Part shown: positions 35,380-47,527 of the stretch, one piece after another
Position numbering within the stretch: the stretch's first letter is position 1
Layout: the number at the start of each line of letters is the position of its first letter
DNA from: Mytilus californianus
Lineage: Eukaryota
Reading direction: 5' to 3'
Length of the DNA stretch: 64,000 nucleotides
Assembly: GCF_021869535.1 (NCBI RefSeq)
Contig: NW_026262723.1
Coordinates: forward strand, 20,460,001 to 20,524,000
Made by a program: the position numbers and the translations under genes
Notes under the pieces: generated by a model
What the model was told of the DNA's origin: nothing
Database searches by the model: none
What the model saw: only the letters and a program-made list of their open reading frames with translations

Positions 35380-35695
35380 CTAGCATATTGGTATATTTCT
35401 TCGAAGGAACGTGCAATTTTTTTCAGGGGACAATATAAAGTAACGTAAATTCCCAATCATATTCTATATCATATATTTACTCTGGTGTTCGATATGACGA
35501 TAAAAACAAACTTTGGTTAACAAAAAAACAAAACAAATAAATTATTCTAGCAAAATATACAGACCATTATAGGAAGGTTAGAAAAATGTAACTCTCCAAT
35601 AATAAATAAAATCTGCAGCCATATAAAAATCACTTCTATGAATGAAAAATCTGAAAGACGTGGATGAAAAGATGTCCTAAATATTGTAACCTTTA

Positions 35696-36247
35696 TCAAT
35701 CACTAAAATGCAGTCCTTCATTTAAAGTAGTGGCAATATCGTTTATTATAAAATCGTCATCGAAGTTGATACATCGAGATAAAATAAGTGTTGCCTTGAC
35801 GGTAATGTCTCCAAACAGGACTTGAGAATGTCTCACAAAGCTATCCTTTATGGCTCTTTTTGATTCTTCGGCTTCCTCTTCACAGATTGGTTTCGAAATA
35901 AATGTATGCATCTTTTTTCCGCCCTCGACATATTTCCATCTTATATTTCCCACCTGTTCGTTCGCTAACACCCCCGCTCCTAAAGGAATTCCGTTCACAA
36001 TCCTGGGAAGTTTTTTGAAACATGAGTTCGGTATATCAGCATCGCTATACACTGGAAAAAATGCTATTTGCAACAAAAAACAACTTCTTTCGTCTTCACG
36101 CTTTCTTTGAGAATGTACTAATTTAGCTGCGTCTCGTGGACTAATTGTAAAGTGCGAGTTTGAATTGTGAAAATGTGGAACAAGACATTGCTGTTCAATA
36201 TTAATATTATTTTGTATAATATTCCGATGATTGCATATATCTCCCAT
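35696..36247 (-). CDS. Uncharacterised coding region, probably the terminal exon (36140->35696) of a gene whose upstream exons were not found
   Basis: 183-codon ORF in AT-rich DNA. After an internal acceptor TTTACAATTAG|T at 36141 the sequence is protein-like (PRDAAKLVHSQRKREDERSCFLLQIAFFP...GIPLGAGVLANEQVGNIRWKY...). Family not recognised. Confidence 0.6.
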   Translation of the reverse strand: MGDICNHRNIIQNNINIEQQCLVPHFHNSNSHFTISPRDAAKLVHSQRKREDERSCFLLQIAFFPVYSDADIPNSCFKKLPRIVNGIPLGAGVLANEQVGNIRWKYVEGGKKMHTFISKPICEEEAEESKRAIKDSFVRHSQVLFGDITVKATLILSRCINFDDDFIINDIATTLNEGLHFSD

Positions 36248-37214
36248 GATTTACTGAAAAGACACTGTGCGGAAATTTAAGTGTTATGTGTCACAAAATC
36301 ATTTACTGAAAAGTTTCAGTCAACTTTCAATATCCTTGAAAAGGAAGGTTATTATATCGTCCTTGCTTCGTGTTTACACCCGTGTGCATGTAAACAAATA
36401 CACATATCTATTTATATAGAACGGTGGTAACAAACTACACAATGCGTTCCATATGCTGAATGATAGTCGTACTTATAATTTGGCAGGCGTTTATCTATAC
36501 AATGTATATAACAAACTTCTTTGACGTAATAATAGGTCAATAAGTTATTAATTAACATGCAACCGGTAAATTACATTGAACGTGTCCAAGTATGTTGTGT
36601 TGAATTACACGGCATAAATAATTCCTTTTGATCCTATATAGTCAGATATATGATTCCTACGTAAAGAAATCAATTGTAAATTTATTCCGAATTATTTAAA
36701 TATTGGACTATACATTTGTTGATATGAAATTGCTTAATCATATAAGTAATAACTATAACAGTATAATAGGTAACAGGTATGGGGGATTGCATTTGGCTTA
36801 CTTTGAATCTTTAGAATTTAAATATTAAATACCGGCGTTATCAGGTCAGTTGAACAAGGTTGAAGAAAACTTTGTAATCGGACAATTATTTACATTGAAC
36901 AAGTATGAATTTGTCATTTTCGAGACATAGAAAATCTTGCACGTAAACTTGTATCGATTTCACGAGAAGATTGATTGATTGGTTATTATTTGTCATCAGA
37001 TTACTTGGTGCACTTTTTTCCAAATGTATGACACTCATGACATGCGATTCGAGCCAGAAAATGGGAGAACAGAAAATTTGAAAGAAAAAACTTGCAAACT
37101 GCGGGAAAAAAATTTCAGCCTTAAAATTGTTTAGAATTGTACTACCGAACAAGACAATTTTTGCTAAGATGTTATGTAGGCTCTATTCATAAGACACAAT
37201 CTAATAAAAATTCA

Positions 37215-37347
37215 CAGGGGCGGATCCAGCCATTTGTAAAAGGGGGGTTCCTAACCCAGGATAAAGGGGTTCCAACTATATACCCATTCAAATACATTGA
37301 TCATCAAAAAAATGGGACCCCCCCCCCTCCCCCGGGATCCGCCACTG
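37215..37347. mobile_element. MITE CAGGGGCGGATCC...GGATCCGCCACTG with 5-bp TSD
   Basis: 13-bp TIR with 1 mismatch; ATTCA on both sides (37210-37214, 37348-37352). Confidence 0.85.
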
Positions 37348-38019
37348 ATTCATATCTATATTAACTCGCGTGCTCGTGCATCTCATATGAGGATCTATAT
37401 TTTAATTGGATTGCATAAGACAGATTAGAATTTTTACTCCCGAATTCATCACATATTTTCTACCTAGTTACACCAGAATAATATGGTGAAATTTCGCCAC
37501 AATGTCTTATTTTTAAAACTTTTTATTATATAACAATGGCAATCAAACCTCTTATCCATGATTTGTTTTTTTTTTATTTTCGCCTTGCGAATACAGCATT
37601 AATCTATAAACATTTTACAAATTTAAATGATACAGAAATTCTCTTCAAGACCAATTCGAATGTTTTAATACTTTTTCAATTGAAAAATATTTGAAATGTT
37701 TCGTATTCTCATTTGTCAAATTGCACCGCAGACAACATACAACAGTGTGACCCGAATCTCCAATAATCATATAGACTGATTAACTAATTGTGAAACAAAT
37801 GACCCAGATGTACTGAGTCTCATGAATTTGATATGTTTTTAAAAACATGACAAGTATACAATACATTTAAAATGACTATACACAATGCGTTGTATCATGA
37901 CTTTAAAATATATACCATCGTGTATTGTTCAGTTGTACTAATATTTCCGTACAGCTTACAGTTTGATTAACATAGGTCATATATATCTACCGAGTAGCTT
38001 CGCGACCAAATCTTATATT

Positions 38020-38160
38020 GGGGCGGTATAGGAGGGTGTCATCCCGAATTCCCGAAAAAATGAAGTATCCTTTTCCGCATCCCGTAAAATTAATCATTAA
38101 TTCCCAAGTCCCGATAGGTGTAAATCCCGAATTCCCGCAAAAAGGTCCTTCCGCCCCTCA
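38020..38160. mobile_element. Short MITE-like element with ATCCCG/TTCCCG subrepeats
   Basis: GGGGCGGTATAGGA ... TCCTTCCGCCCC imperfect inverted ends. Confidence 0.45.
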
Positions 38161-38741
38161 TTAAAATTAAGGAATGTATATCCCTCATGCAAAGCTCTGA
38201 TTCCTTATCCAGTTTTTGGCTACACTTTTTGTCTTTTTCGGTTTGTGAGATTTCATTTTTTTTAATAAGTTTTGGATTTTCAAATATTTTGGCCTCGAGC
38301 ATCACTGAAGAGACAAGCGCATCTGCTGCAGAAAAATTGGTACCGATGATATTATTACAGAAACAATGCTAAAGCCGAAGCAAGAAAAAAAGTTGAAATA
38401 TCAAACTGTTTCCAAAACACACATGACCAGAGACCTATAATTATATATATATATATATATGTCTCTGACATGACGGGATAGCAAAAATGTATAAAAACGT
38501 TCAGGATTCTAGCTAGCCTCTAGCAAATTTTACGTTCGAGATATTTTACCACTTATGCGGCAAGTGTGAAATCGAACTTCACTTAAAAAAAAAGTTATAC
38601 ATGTAATGCTGCAGAGTTAAAAGGCTCTCACTAAAATCAAAGTTGTAAAGTTGAGCTCACAAGGGTTTAGCTGTTCTGTTAAGACGTATTTTATTAAGTC
38701 TCCCAAACGAAGTTTGGTAAGACCTATTGTTTTTGCTGAGG

Positions 38742-40130
38742 GTTCCAAAATATATTAGACTAACATGTCTAGTGGTGCAATCAGGGTTTTGTTTGTGCAA
38801 TGGGGTTTATAAAGGGGTACTTTGAGGAGCAAAAAGAAAGGAGGGTTTTACTATAGAACCCTATGGGATTTTATTTTTTAAAATTTTCAAATGACTATAA
38901 ATTGAAAACCGTTTGTGATAGACACAATCTTTTTAATAATAAATGTTCTGAATGATAAAGCACATTAAATGAAATACAGGGTTAGTCCCAGGGGTCACCC
39001 CACCCCTGCCATTTAAGAAAGTTCTAATATTTTGTAAGTGGTCAAGATCCCCACCACTAAACCATATATATTCTGGTTTGTCATGCTAAGATGGTTTGAA
39101 TGATATACAGGGTGAAGTCCCCAGGGGTCATCCCGACCCCCTGCCATTTGAGAAAGTTCTAATATCTTGTAAATGGTCGAGATCCCCACCCCTAAACCAT
39201 ATATATTCTGGTTTGTCATGATAAAGCACATCAAATGAAATACAGGGTTAGTCCCCATGGGGTTCCCCCACCCCCAATGTTCTAATATCTTGTAAATGGT
39301 CGAGATCCCCACCCCTAAATCATATATATTCCTGTTCGTCATTTCTCGAACATTTGAATGACATATAGGGTCAGTACCCAGGGGTTCCCCCAACCCCTAA
39401 TGATCTAATATCTTGTAAATGGTCGAGATCACCACCCTTAAACCATATATATTCCTGTTCGTCATGTCTCAGCATGACGTAAAGGGTCAGTCCCCAGGGG
39501 TTCCCCCACCCCCATTTTTCTAATATCTTGTAAATGTTCAAGATCCCCACCCCTAAACCATATATATTCTGTTCGTCATGTCTTAAACATTTGAATGACG
39601 TATAGGGTCAGTCCCCAGGGGTTCCCCCCGATGTTCTAGTATCTTGTAAATGGTCGAGATCCCCACCCCTTAACCATATATATTCCTGTTCTTCATGTCT
39701 CCAACATTTCAATGACATATAGGGTCCGTCCCATGGGGTTCCCCAACCCCCAATGTTCTAATATCTTGTAAATGGTCAAGATCCCCACCCCTAAACTATA
39801 TATATTACTGTTTGTCATGTCTCGAACATTTGAATGACGTATAGGGTCACTCCCCAGGGGTTCCCCCTCCCACTCCTAATGTTCTAATATCTTGGAAATG
39901 GTCGAGATTCCCACCCCTAAGCCATATATATTCTGGTTTGTCATGCCAAGATGATTTGAAAGATATACAGGGTTAGTCCCCAAGCATCACTAATGCATAT
40001 AACTTTACTGGACCAAACCAATTTTCACTGGACTTTGCCCAATGTTAGGCAACCCTGGGAATCATGAATTATGGGAGCTTCGTTTGGGAGACTTCGTAAC
40101 AGCATCCTGTTACAATCATTTCTTGTTTTT
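38742..40130 (-). mobile_element. pearl/HINE family B element, ~120-bp array (~39000-39960)
   Basis: Reverse complement of 3648-4905 including head, tandem cores and tail hairpin. Confidence 0.75.
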
Positions 40131-40724
40131 GTTGCTTTGAGTAGTTTGGTATATTTAGGAACTTTCAAACTATTGGTCTCGATGATACCTGATGACAGAA
40201 ATTCAAGGAACACGTGTACATTTATAAACTGGGTAAAGGAAGTTTCCTATAACAGTAAATGAACTTCTGAAAATCAGCTATAAGTTAATGTGATCCTTGT
40301 TATCCTTTTATGTATTACTAGTGCTAAAATGTCTAATTATCAAGATTGAATTTAATGTTGAAAGTCTCCATGAACCCTGATAGACAGACAGACATGTATT
40401 TTACGATAATTCCATAAACCAAATATATTTGACGTATTGCTCAATCTAATAAAAATCAGGATTTTTCACTTTGCTCCAACCGATAATTTAGTCGCTTGTG
40501 TAAGCTTAATGAAAGACTATTATCATATTGCCTATCGTTAGTTGTATCTCGGAAACAAACCTCACAACAAGACCTTACCAAAGACCAATGCACATACAAA
40601 TAAGGTCAAGGTTAGATTAACCCTGCAAGAAGGTCCACCTTACAAGCATTAAATACAACAAGTATCTAGTTTATCTACTCCTAATGTATCCGAGAAACCA
40701 ATCGAATCACGAAGCATAAACATG

Positions 40725-41000
40725 GTTGCTTAACGTCCAGTGACACATATTTCATGCATGTTCAGAACGAGAACAAATTAACAATAAATACAATAGGTAA
40801 GTCCTTACTAGAGAACTCAGGGATAAAGGTCGGGGAAAATTTGTACTACCACTGTAAAATGAGGGTATATTGGATAGGGACAAAAATGTTGCCTATGGAC
40901 CCCTCAAAGAGTTGCTGTTATGGTTATCAACGTGCAGAGAGCGCGACATTCTCACTACAAAAGACATCTGATTTAACGTTCCTATTCTGACTGGACATGG
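40725..41000 (-). mobile_element. Degenerate bivalve-type SINE fragment
   Basis: GGTTGCTTAACGTCCAGTGACACATATTTCATGCATGTTCAGAACGAGAAC and ATCAACGTGCAGAGAGCGCG...GATTTAACGTTCC. Confidence 0.5.
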
Positions 41001-41002
41001 CT

Positions 41003-41545
41003 ATGACGTTGCCTTGTCACCATCGTATGGTGTTTATATACCTCAACTTGTTTGATTCGCTCGTTTATGTAACAATATATTTGATTTTAACGAAAGAAAT
41101 CTCTGCATTATTGAAAAATTATTACACCAGGCTTTTCGATATCACAAACTAGTCAAAACATTTACTAAATATTGTCATCGGTACAAGGACATCATTCGTA
41201 AATATAATTCAACATGCAGTCATCTTATACGTTCAGGTATTTCACAATCTTTTATGGTTATATTCTATACAAAGCACAAAAATGTCGTCATTCACCTCAA
41301 AAGCTAACCAAACCTTTAAACAGACTTATTCAGAAGGGATATCGTTACAATACTGTTGTCAGGTCATTAAAGATGGTATATTTTGGAATTAATATTGATT
41401 CACTCATAGGGTCTTTGCACCGGAAATATACACATTTATTCTAAAACCAGTTGAAAATTGGTGGCCTTGGGCTGTTTTCTGTTCTTTGGTCGGGTTGTTG
41501 TCTCTTTGACACATTCCCCATTTCTATTCTCAATTAATTTTATGC
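41003..41545 (+). mobile_element. Naiad-type PLE 3' end: RT C-terminus with no downstream endonuclease, plus short 3' tail
   Basis: DVALSPSYGVYIPQLV*FARLCNNIFDFNERNLCIIEKLLHQAFRYHKLVKTFTKYCHRYKDIIRKY.../FYGYILYKAQK...KPLNRLIQKGYRYNTVVRSLKMVYFGINIDSLIGSLHRK; the YGVYISQL.R.AR pattern marks the PLE RT thumb. Confidence 0.8.
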
Positions 41546-41635
41546 ATTACAAGGTATAAATGTCTAGCAAACATGGTCCAACTAACTTGGGCCTCATTGC
41601 ATGCAATCTGTACACTCCCCATCCCCCAAAAAAAC

Positions 41636-41901
41636 CTAACAAGAATGTTTCTGTAGTACATGGATGCCCCACTCGCACTATTATTTTCTATGTTCAGTGG
41701 ACAGTGAAATTGGGGTCAAAACTCTAATTTGGCATTAAAAATAGAAAGATCATATCATAGGGAACATGTGTACTAGTTTCAAGTTGATTGGACTTCAATT
41801 TCATCAAAAACTACCTTGACCAAAAACTTCCAACCTGAAGCAGGACAGACAGACGGACGCAGAGACCGAAAAACATAATGCCCCTAGGTAGGGCATAAAA
41901 A
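41636..41901 (+). mobile_element. Short single-core pearl/HINE element
   Basis: AACAAGA head, one core, (GACA/GACG)n microsatellite, hairpin ATGCCCCTAGGTAGGGCAT, A-run. Confidence 0.7.
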
Positions 41902-42569
41902 CAACAAAATCTACCGTTTTACGAAAATGCAGTCACATTGCTTTTATTAAGTAATGGTAGGTTAGATGGGAAAGCTGTAATCATTGAAATATACCCATAT
42001 TCTTTTGATATTAAATTATCTGTAATTGATCATCACAATTAAGCAGGAGTCAAAATAAATATGCAACTGATAGCTAGAGATCAGTAGAATTAGTCAAATC
42101 GGAACTAAACTAATAGAACAAGCTGTGTAATGGGATTGTTCAAAAAATATTTAATGGTACTAGTGATGTTTACACTGGGGTAAATTTCATAGTTCCAAGA
42201 AGTCTGATTTATGTATATACATGCATCAAATAATGCCCTCTAATAATACCAATGAAAAAAGGCTGACATGCTGCATATCTCTGTGTTAGTCTGAATTCAA
42301 AATTGGAAGATGTGATATTGAATTTTAAATGACTTTCATTCCTCAATTTCTGGTTCCAAGTTGCAGGCAGACAACTCCTAGTTTAATTCATACATATAAT
42401 AAGTTTCTATAATAGAGATCAAAAATTTTTGAACACTTTGGGGTCATGCAAATTTGGAACATGAAACCTGTTGAATTTACATACATAAACTGTTAACACA
42501 GAGATATGTCTTGCCTTTTTGTAATTTTGATAATGCAAATGTTGAAATTAAAATAGCAATACTTCAACA

Positions 42570-43478
42570 TGTGAATCATGCAAATATTCAAAGTCAAAGA
42601 ACCATGACTGAAGGTACATGTATGGCTAAACAATCTCTATGGAAATGAGATATGCCAATGCTAATTCAACTGCATACCAAATACCATTGACTTATCATAA
42701 GTCATTCCCTTTACACAAACCTAAACACAAACATTAACTTGTAAACTATGAAAAGTTTCAAAGTCAATGAACCATGATGAGGGGGTGGGGCTATATAATT
42801 TCCATGGAAATGAGACTTGCAAATGCAAATAAATTTTCATACCAAATAACATTGACTTAACATTAGGGGTTCATCTTAAACTGATCTAATCACAAACTTA
42901 TACATGTAAACTAAGCAAAAGTTTCAAAGTCAATAGACCATGACTGAGGGGGCGGGGCCAAATAATCTCCATGGAAATAAGATGTGGTAATGCATATACA
43001 ACTGCATACCAATTAACATTGGCCTACAACTAATGGTTCCCCTTTAACTGACCTAATCACTAACTAATACATGTAAACTAAGCAAAAATTTCAAAGTTAA
43101 TAGACCATGACTGAGGTGGCGGAGCAAAATAATCTCCATGGAAATGAGAAATGCCAATGCTTATACAACTGCATACCAAATATCACTGACCTACCACTAG
43201 TGGTTCCCCACAAACTGACCTAATCACGAACTCATACATGTAAACTAAGCAAAAGTTTCAAAGTCAATAGACCATGACTGAGGGGGCAGGGCAAAATAAT
43301 CTCCATGGAAATGAGATGTGCCAATGCTAATACAACTGCATACCAAATATCAGTGCCTACCACTAGTGGTTCCCCATAAACTTGACCTAATCACAAATTA
43401 ATACATTGTTGACGCTGCCGCCACCGGAAACAGCATACCTATGTCTCGCTTTTTGACTCCGTCAAGGCAAGACAAAAA
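42570..43478 (+). mobile_element. pearl/HINE element with ~167-bp array
   Basis: CAAAGTCAATAGACCATGACTGAGGGGG at 42925, 43092, 43260; tail hairpin ...TTTTTGACTCCGTCAAGGCAAGACAAAAA. Confidence 0.75.
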
Positions 43479-43920
43479 TGAAAAGTTACCTATGAATAAA
43501 TGTCAACTTTCTATTTAAATACATAACAATTTGTCACTATATACTGGAAATGACACAGTTTCATCTTATTTTTTGTGTACTGGAGGCAATAATGTTAATT
43601 CTGAAATAGTGTCAAACTTTCAAAGGTACAATCAACTCTTAGCATTAATTAGATACCAAATATTTTTTTTATTCTTAATTGTCATGATGGAAGAGGTCTA
43701 TCAATCAAATACCCCATAGGCTGGCATGAAAATTCTTACACCATTGTTCAATATTCAAATAAAATGCAACTGGTATATCCTAGAGCACCGTCCCTTGGTG
43801 TCTCCTGCAGATGAATAAATTTCCATCTTTATAGATAATTTAAGTTTGTTCAAACTTTATTTTTATTTTTACACTGCTGGATATAGAAATAATAATGGTA
43901 ATAAGGGAGGAAGGGGAAAA

Positions 43921-44930
43921 AAATGTGGATAGTGTCCACATGTGGACACAGATGATTCCCCTGCTTGCATATCATATAGTTATAAAGGGACATAACTGAA
44001 GAACGGTAAAAGTGACGCTACCCAAATTTGAACTTGATCTGAGTTTTGTGGTAATAAGCATTGTGTGTAAGTCTCATAACATTTGGTTGAGGCTAACTTA
44101 AGTAGAGAACAGAGATTAAAAATTCAGCAATTTTTCTATTTGTAAACACGCATAACTCTAGAACGCTTGTGTATAAGTTTTATAACATTTGGTTGAGACA
44201 AACCAAAAGTTAGAGAACGGAAACAAAAAATTCAGCAATTTTTATGTTTATAAAGGGACATAACTCAAGAATGGCAAAAGTGTCACCACCAAATTTCGTA
44301 CTTACTCTGTATTATGTAGTAATAGGCATTGTGTATAAGTTTCATAACATTTGGTTGAGGCAAACTCAAGTTAGAAAACGGAAACAAAAAATTTGTACTT
44401 GATCTTAGTTTTGTGGTAATGAATATTGTGTATAGGTTTCATAATGTTTGGTTGGGGAAAACTTAAGTTACAGACTGGAAACTAAAAATTTTGCAATCTT
44501 TCGATTTATAAAGGGGCATAACTCAATAATGGTTAAAGTGACACTACCCAAATTCAACTTGATCTGTGTTTTATCAGTGGAAGTCAAAATTAAACATTGC
44601 ATTGTATAAAGCATTGATTGTAGTTGATTCAACTATAATCATGGACAAAGGAAGATAACTCCAATTTTTGTAAAAATTACTTGATATTTAGAAGAAAATA
44701 AAATTTGCAATTTTTCCATTTATAAAGGGGCATAACTCTAGAACGGTTAAAGTGACAACACCAAAATTTAAACTTGATATGTGTTTTGTGGTAATAAGCA
44801 TTGTGTATAAGTTTCAAAACATTTGGTTGAGGCAAACTCAAGTTAGAGAAGAGAAACCAATTTCGGGACATACCTACGTACAGACGGACAAGGGTAAAAC
44901 TTAATGCCCCAACCTCTACGGTGGGGGCAT
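43921..44930 (+). mobile_element. pearl/HINE family A element, ~5-6 cores of ~160 bp
   Basis: Head GTGTCCACATGTGGACAC palindrome, tandem cores, GGAC microsatellite, hairpin ATGCCCC...GGGGCAT. Confidence 0.8.
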
Positions 44931-45414
44931 ACTCAAGAGTACTTTTAATGTATTTTTGTTATTAATGCTATTTTCATTTGTCTATTATAATATCTGTCAT
45001 GTTATATACTGTACAATGTCTCATGTTTGTTGCTTATACTATCATAACTGTTATTGCGAACCCAATGAAAGTTTTCCACAGTGCCATCTCTATCTTGACC
45101 AGGTATTTAACTTTTGTAAGTTCACCTGTCCTGTTGAATAAATACAATAGCTATTGTTCTCCATGAGATTTTTCACTGGGACCTTTAAATTTCTTCTAAG
45201 AGAAATCTATCACTCATTGATTAATTTACCTGAGTAAAAAAAAAATCTTGTAAATAGAGGAAAATAGATATAGGAAGATGGGGTATGAGTGCCAATGAGA
45301 CAACTCTCCATTCAAGTTTTATACTCAAAACTGCATGTGATGTTATATTTATTCAATATTGATAATATATTTTCAATTGGTTGAATGTAAACAGTGATGC
45401 AAAGTTGAAAATTA

Positions 45415-45735
45415 ATAAAATATAAAAAAGAAGATGTGGTATGATTGCCAATGAGACAACTCTCCACAAGAGACCAAATGACACAGAAATTAACAACTAT
45501 AGGTCACCATACGGCCTTCAACAATGAGCAAAGCCCATACCGCACAGTCAGCTATAAAAGGCCCCGAAATGACAATGTAAAACAATTCAAACGAGAAAAC
45601 TAACGGCCTAATTTATGTACAAAAAATGAACGAAAAACAAATATGTAACACATAAACAAACGACAACCACTGAATTACAGGCTCCTGACTTTGGACAGGC
45701 ACATACAGAATGTGGCAGGGTTAAACATGTTAGCG
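45415..45735 (-). mobile_element. Dispersed PLE 3'-UTR repeat copy (well preserved)
   Basis: AAGAAGATGTGGTATGATTGCCAATGAGACAACTCTCCACAAGAGACC...GGTTAAACATGTTAGCG. Confidence 0.8.
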
Positions 45736-45929
45736 TTGATTTATGTTATATTAATAATATATTAATAATATATTTTCATTCAGTTTAGTATAAACATTGA
45801 TTCAATTATAAAAAGTTGATTTCTGACAAAACTTTTAACATTGTTCCTTTTAAAAAAAAATTGTTTGACATGAATAAAAACTTGAAAATTATGATATTCA
45901 AATTAAGATCTTCTTAAATGTATTCTATA

Positions 45930-46490
45930 ACTAGACAAAATAAAATGCTCCGCAGGGCGCAGCTTGATTGCTTTTTGTTAAAATCAAACTAAGTTTAATT
46001 TTGGACCCTTTGGACCTTAATGTAGACCAATTTGAAAACGGAACCAAAAATTAAGAATCTAAATACACGGTTAGATTCGGCATATCAAAGAACCCCAATA
46101 ATTCAATTTTTAATGAAATCAAACAAAGTTTAATTTTGGACCCTTTGGACCTCAATGTGGACCAATTTAAAAATGGGGCCCAAAATCCAAAAACTTAATA
46201 CACGGTATGATTCAGCATATTAAAAAACCCCAAGAATTCAAGAATAAAACCCCATTGAAATTGGTCAAGAAATAAGCAATTTATACAAAGTATCTTCTTT
46301 TGCACAATACTGTGCAATTAAATATTTCTTGCTATTGCGCAATACTGTACAATTGACAATTTCTTGCTATTGCGCAATATTGTGCTATTGGATATTTCTT
46401 GCTATTGCGCAATACTGTGCAATTGAAGATTTCTTGCTATTGCGCAATACTGTGCAATTGAAAATTTCTTGCTATTGCACAATACTTATC
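45930..46490 (+). repeat. HINE-type fragment: ~120-bp cores followed by a ~32-bp minisatellite
   Basis: TTTAATTTTGGACCCTTTGGACC twice; ATTTCTTGCTATTGCGCAATACTGTGCAATTG about 6 times at 46295-46485. Confidence 0.75.
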
Positions 46491-46629
46491 ATACAATAAT
46501 TTACACATCCTGTTTGGTGTGTATCTCCTACCATATCATTATTATTTGCTTTTAAACATAAATCAGAAATAACCAACTTAAAATGGAAAATTTTAAAAGA
46601 AAAAAAAAAGGAAAAAAAGAAAAAAAAAA

Positions 46630-47527
46630 GGAAATGGTATGGTACCTTGCAGTACAATTTCAGAGAGATCCATACACTTGAACACAAGTTATTGTCTGGA
46701 AACTAGAAAAATGTGTTTTTTGGCCCCAAATTCCTAAACGTTTAGGGCAATTACCCCCAAACTCAAACCCAGCTTTCCCATTGTGATATGGAACCTTGTA
46801 GTACAATTTCAGAAAGATCCATACACTTACACACAAATTATTATCCTGAAACTAGAAAAATGCTTGTTTTTTGCCCCTTTTTGGCCCCTAATTCCTAAAA
46901 TATTGAGGCAATTACCCCCATCATCAATCCCAGCCTTCCCTTTATGGTATGGTACCTTGCAGTACAATTTCAGAGAGATCCATACACTTGAACACAAGTT
47001 ATTGTCTGGAAACTAGAAAAATGCTTGTTTTTGGCCCCCAATTCCTAAACTTTTCGGCAATTACCCCCAAACTCAATTCCAGCTTTCCCTTTGTGATATG
47101 GAACCTTGTAGTACAATTTCAGAAAGATCCATACACTTACAAGTTATTGTCATGAAACTAGAAAAATGCTTGTTTTTTGCCCCTTTATTCCTAACATTTT
47201 GAGGCAATTACCCCCAAAATCAATCCCAGCATTCCTTTTGTGATATGGAACCTTGTGGTTAATGTCAGAGAGATCCATACACTAACACACAAGTTATGTC
47301 TGGAAGTTACAAAAATGCTTATTTTTGGCCCCTTATTCCTTTACTGTTGGTACCATAACCCCCAAATCAATCCCAACCTTCCTTTTGTGGTAATGAACCT
47401 TGTGGTAAAATTTCATAGAGATCCATTCACTTAAACTAAAGTTAGAGTGCGAAAACCAATGCGTCTTCGGACGACGCCAACGTCATACCAATATACGACC
47501 ACAAAAATTTTTTTGCGGTTGTATAAA
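46630..47527 (+). mobile_element. pearl/HINE element with ~150-bp array
   Basis: Repeated GGAACCTTGTAGTACAATTTCAG...GATCCATACAC; tail GACGACGCCAACGTCATACCAATATACGACC...GCGGTTGTATAAAAA. Confidence 0.75.

Noticed and set aside
36886-37152. 88-aa minus ORF as an upstream exon of the 35.7-kb orphan
   Set aside because: It ends in a stop and no in-frame donor compatible with the phase-2 acceptor at 36141 was found.
37394-37413. Third copy of TCTATATTTT(T)AATT(A/G)GATT as a recurring regulatory motif
   Set aside because: The two identical copies at 31290 and 31623 are explained as a LINE TSD; a single imperfect AT-rich match elsewhere is weak evidence.
41053-41055. In-frame TGA in the Naiad-type RT, suggesting selenocysteine (known in some Naiads)
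   Set aside because: It falls at the position of a conserved Arg (QL.R.AR), so CGA to TGA CpG decay is simpler; the copy is also frameshifted.
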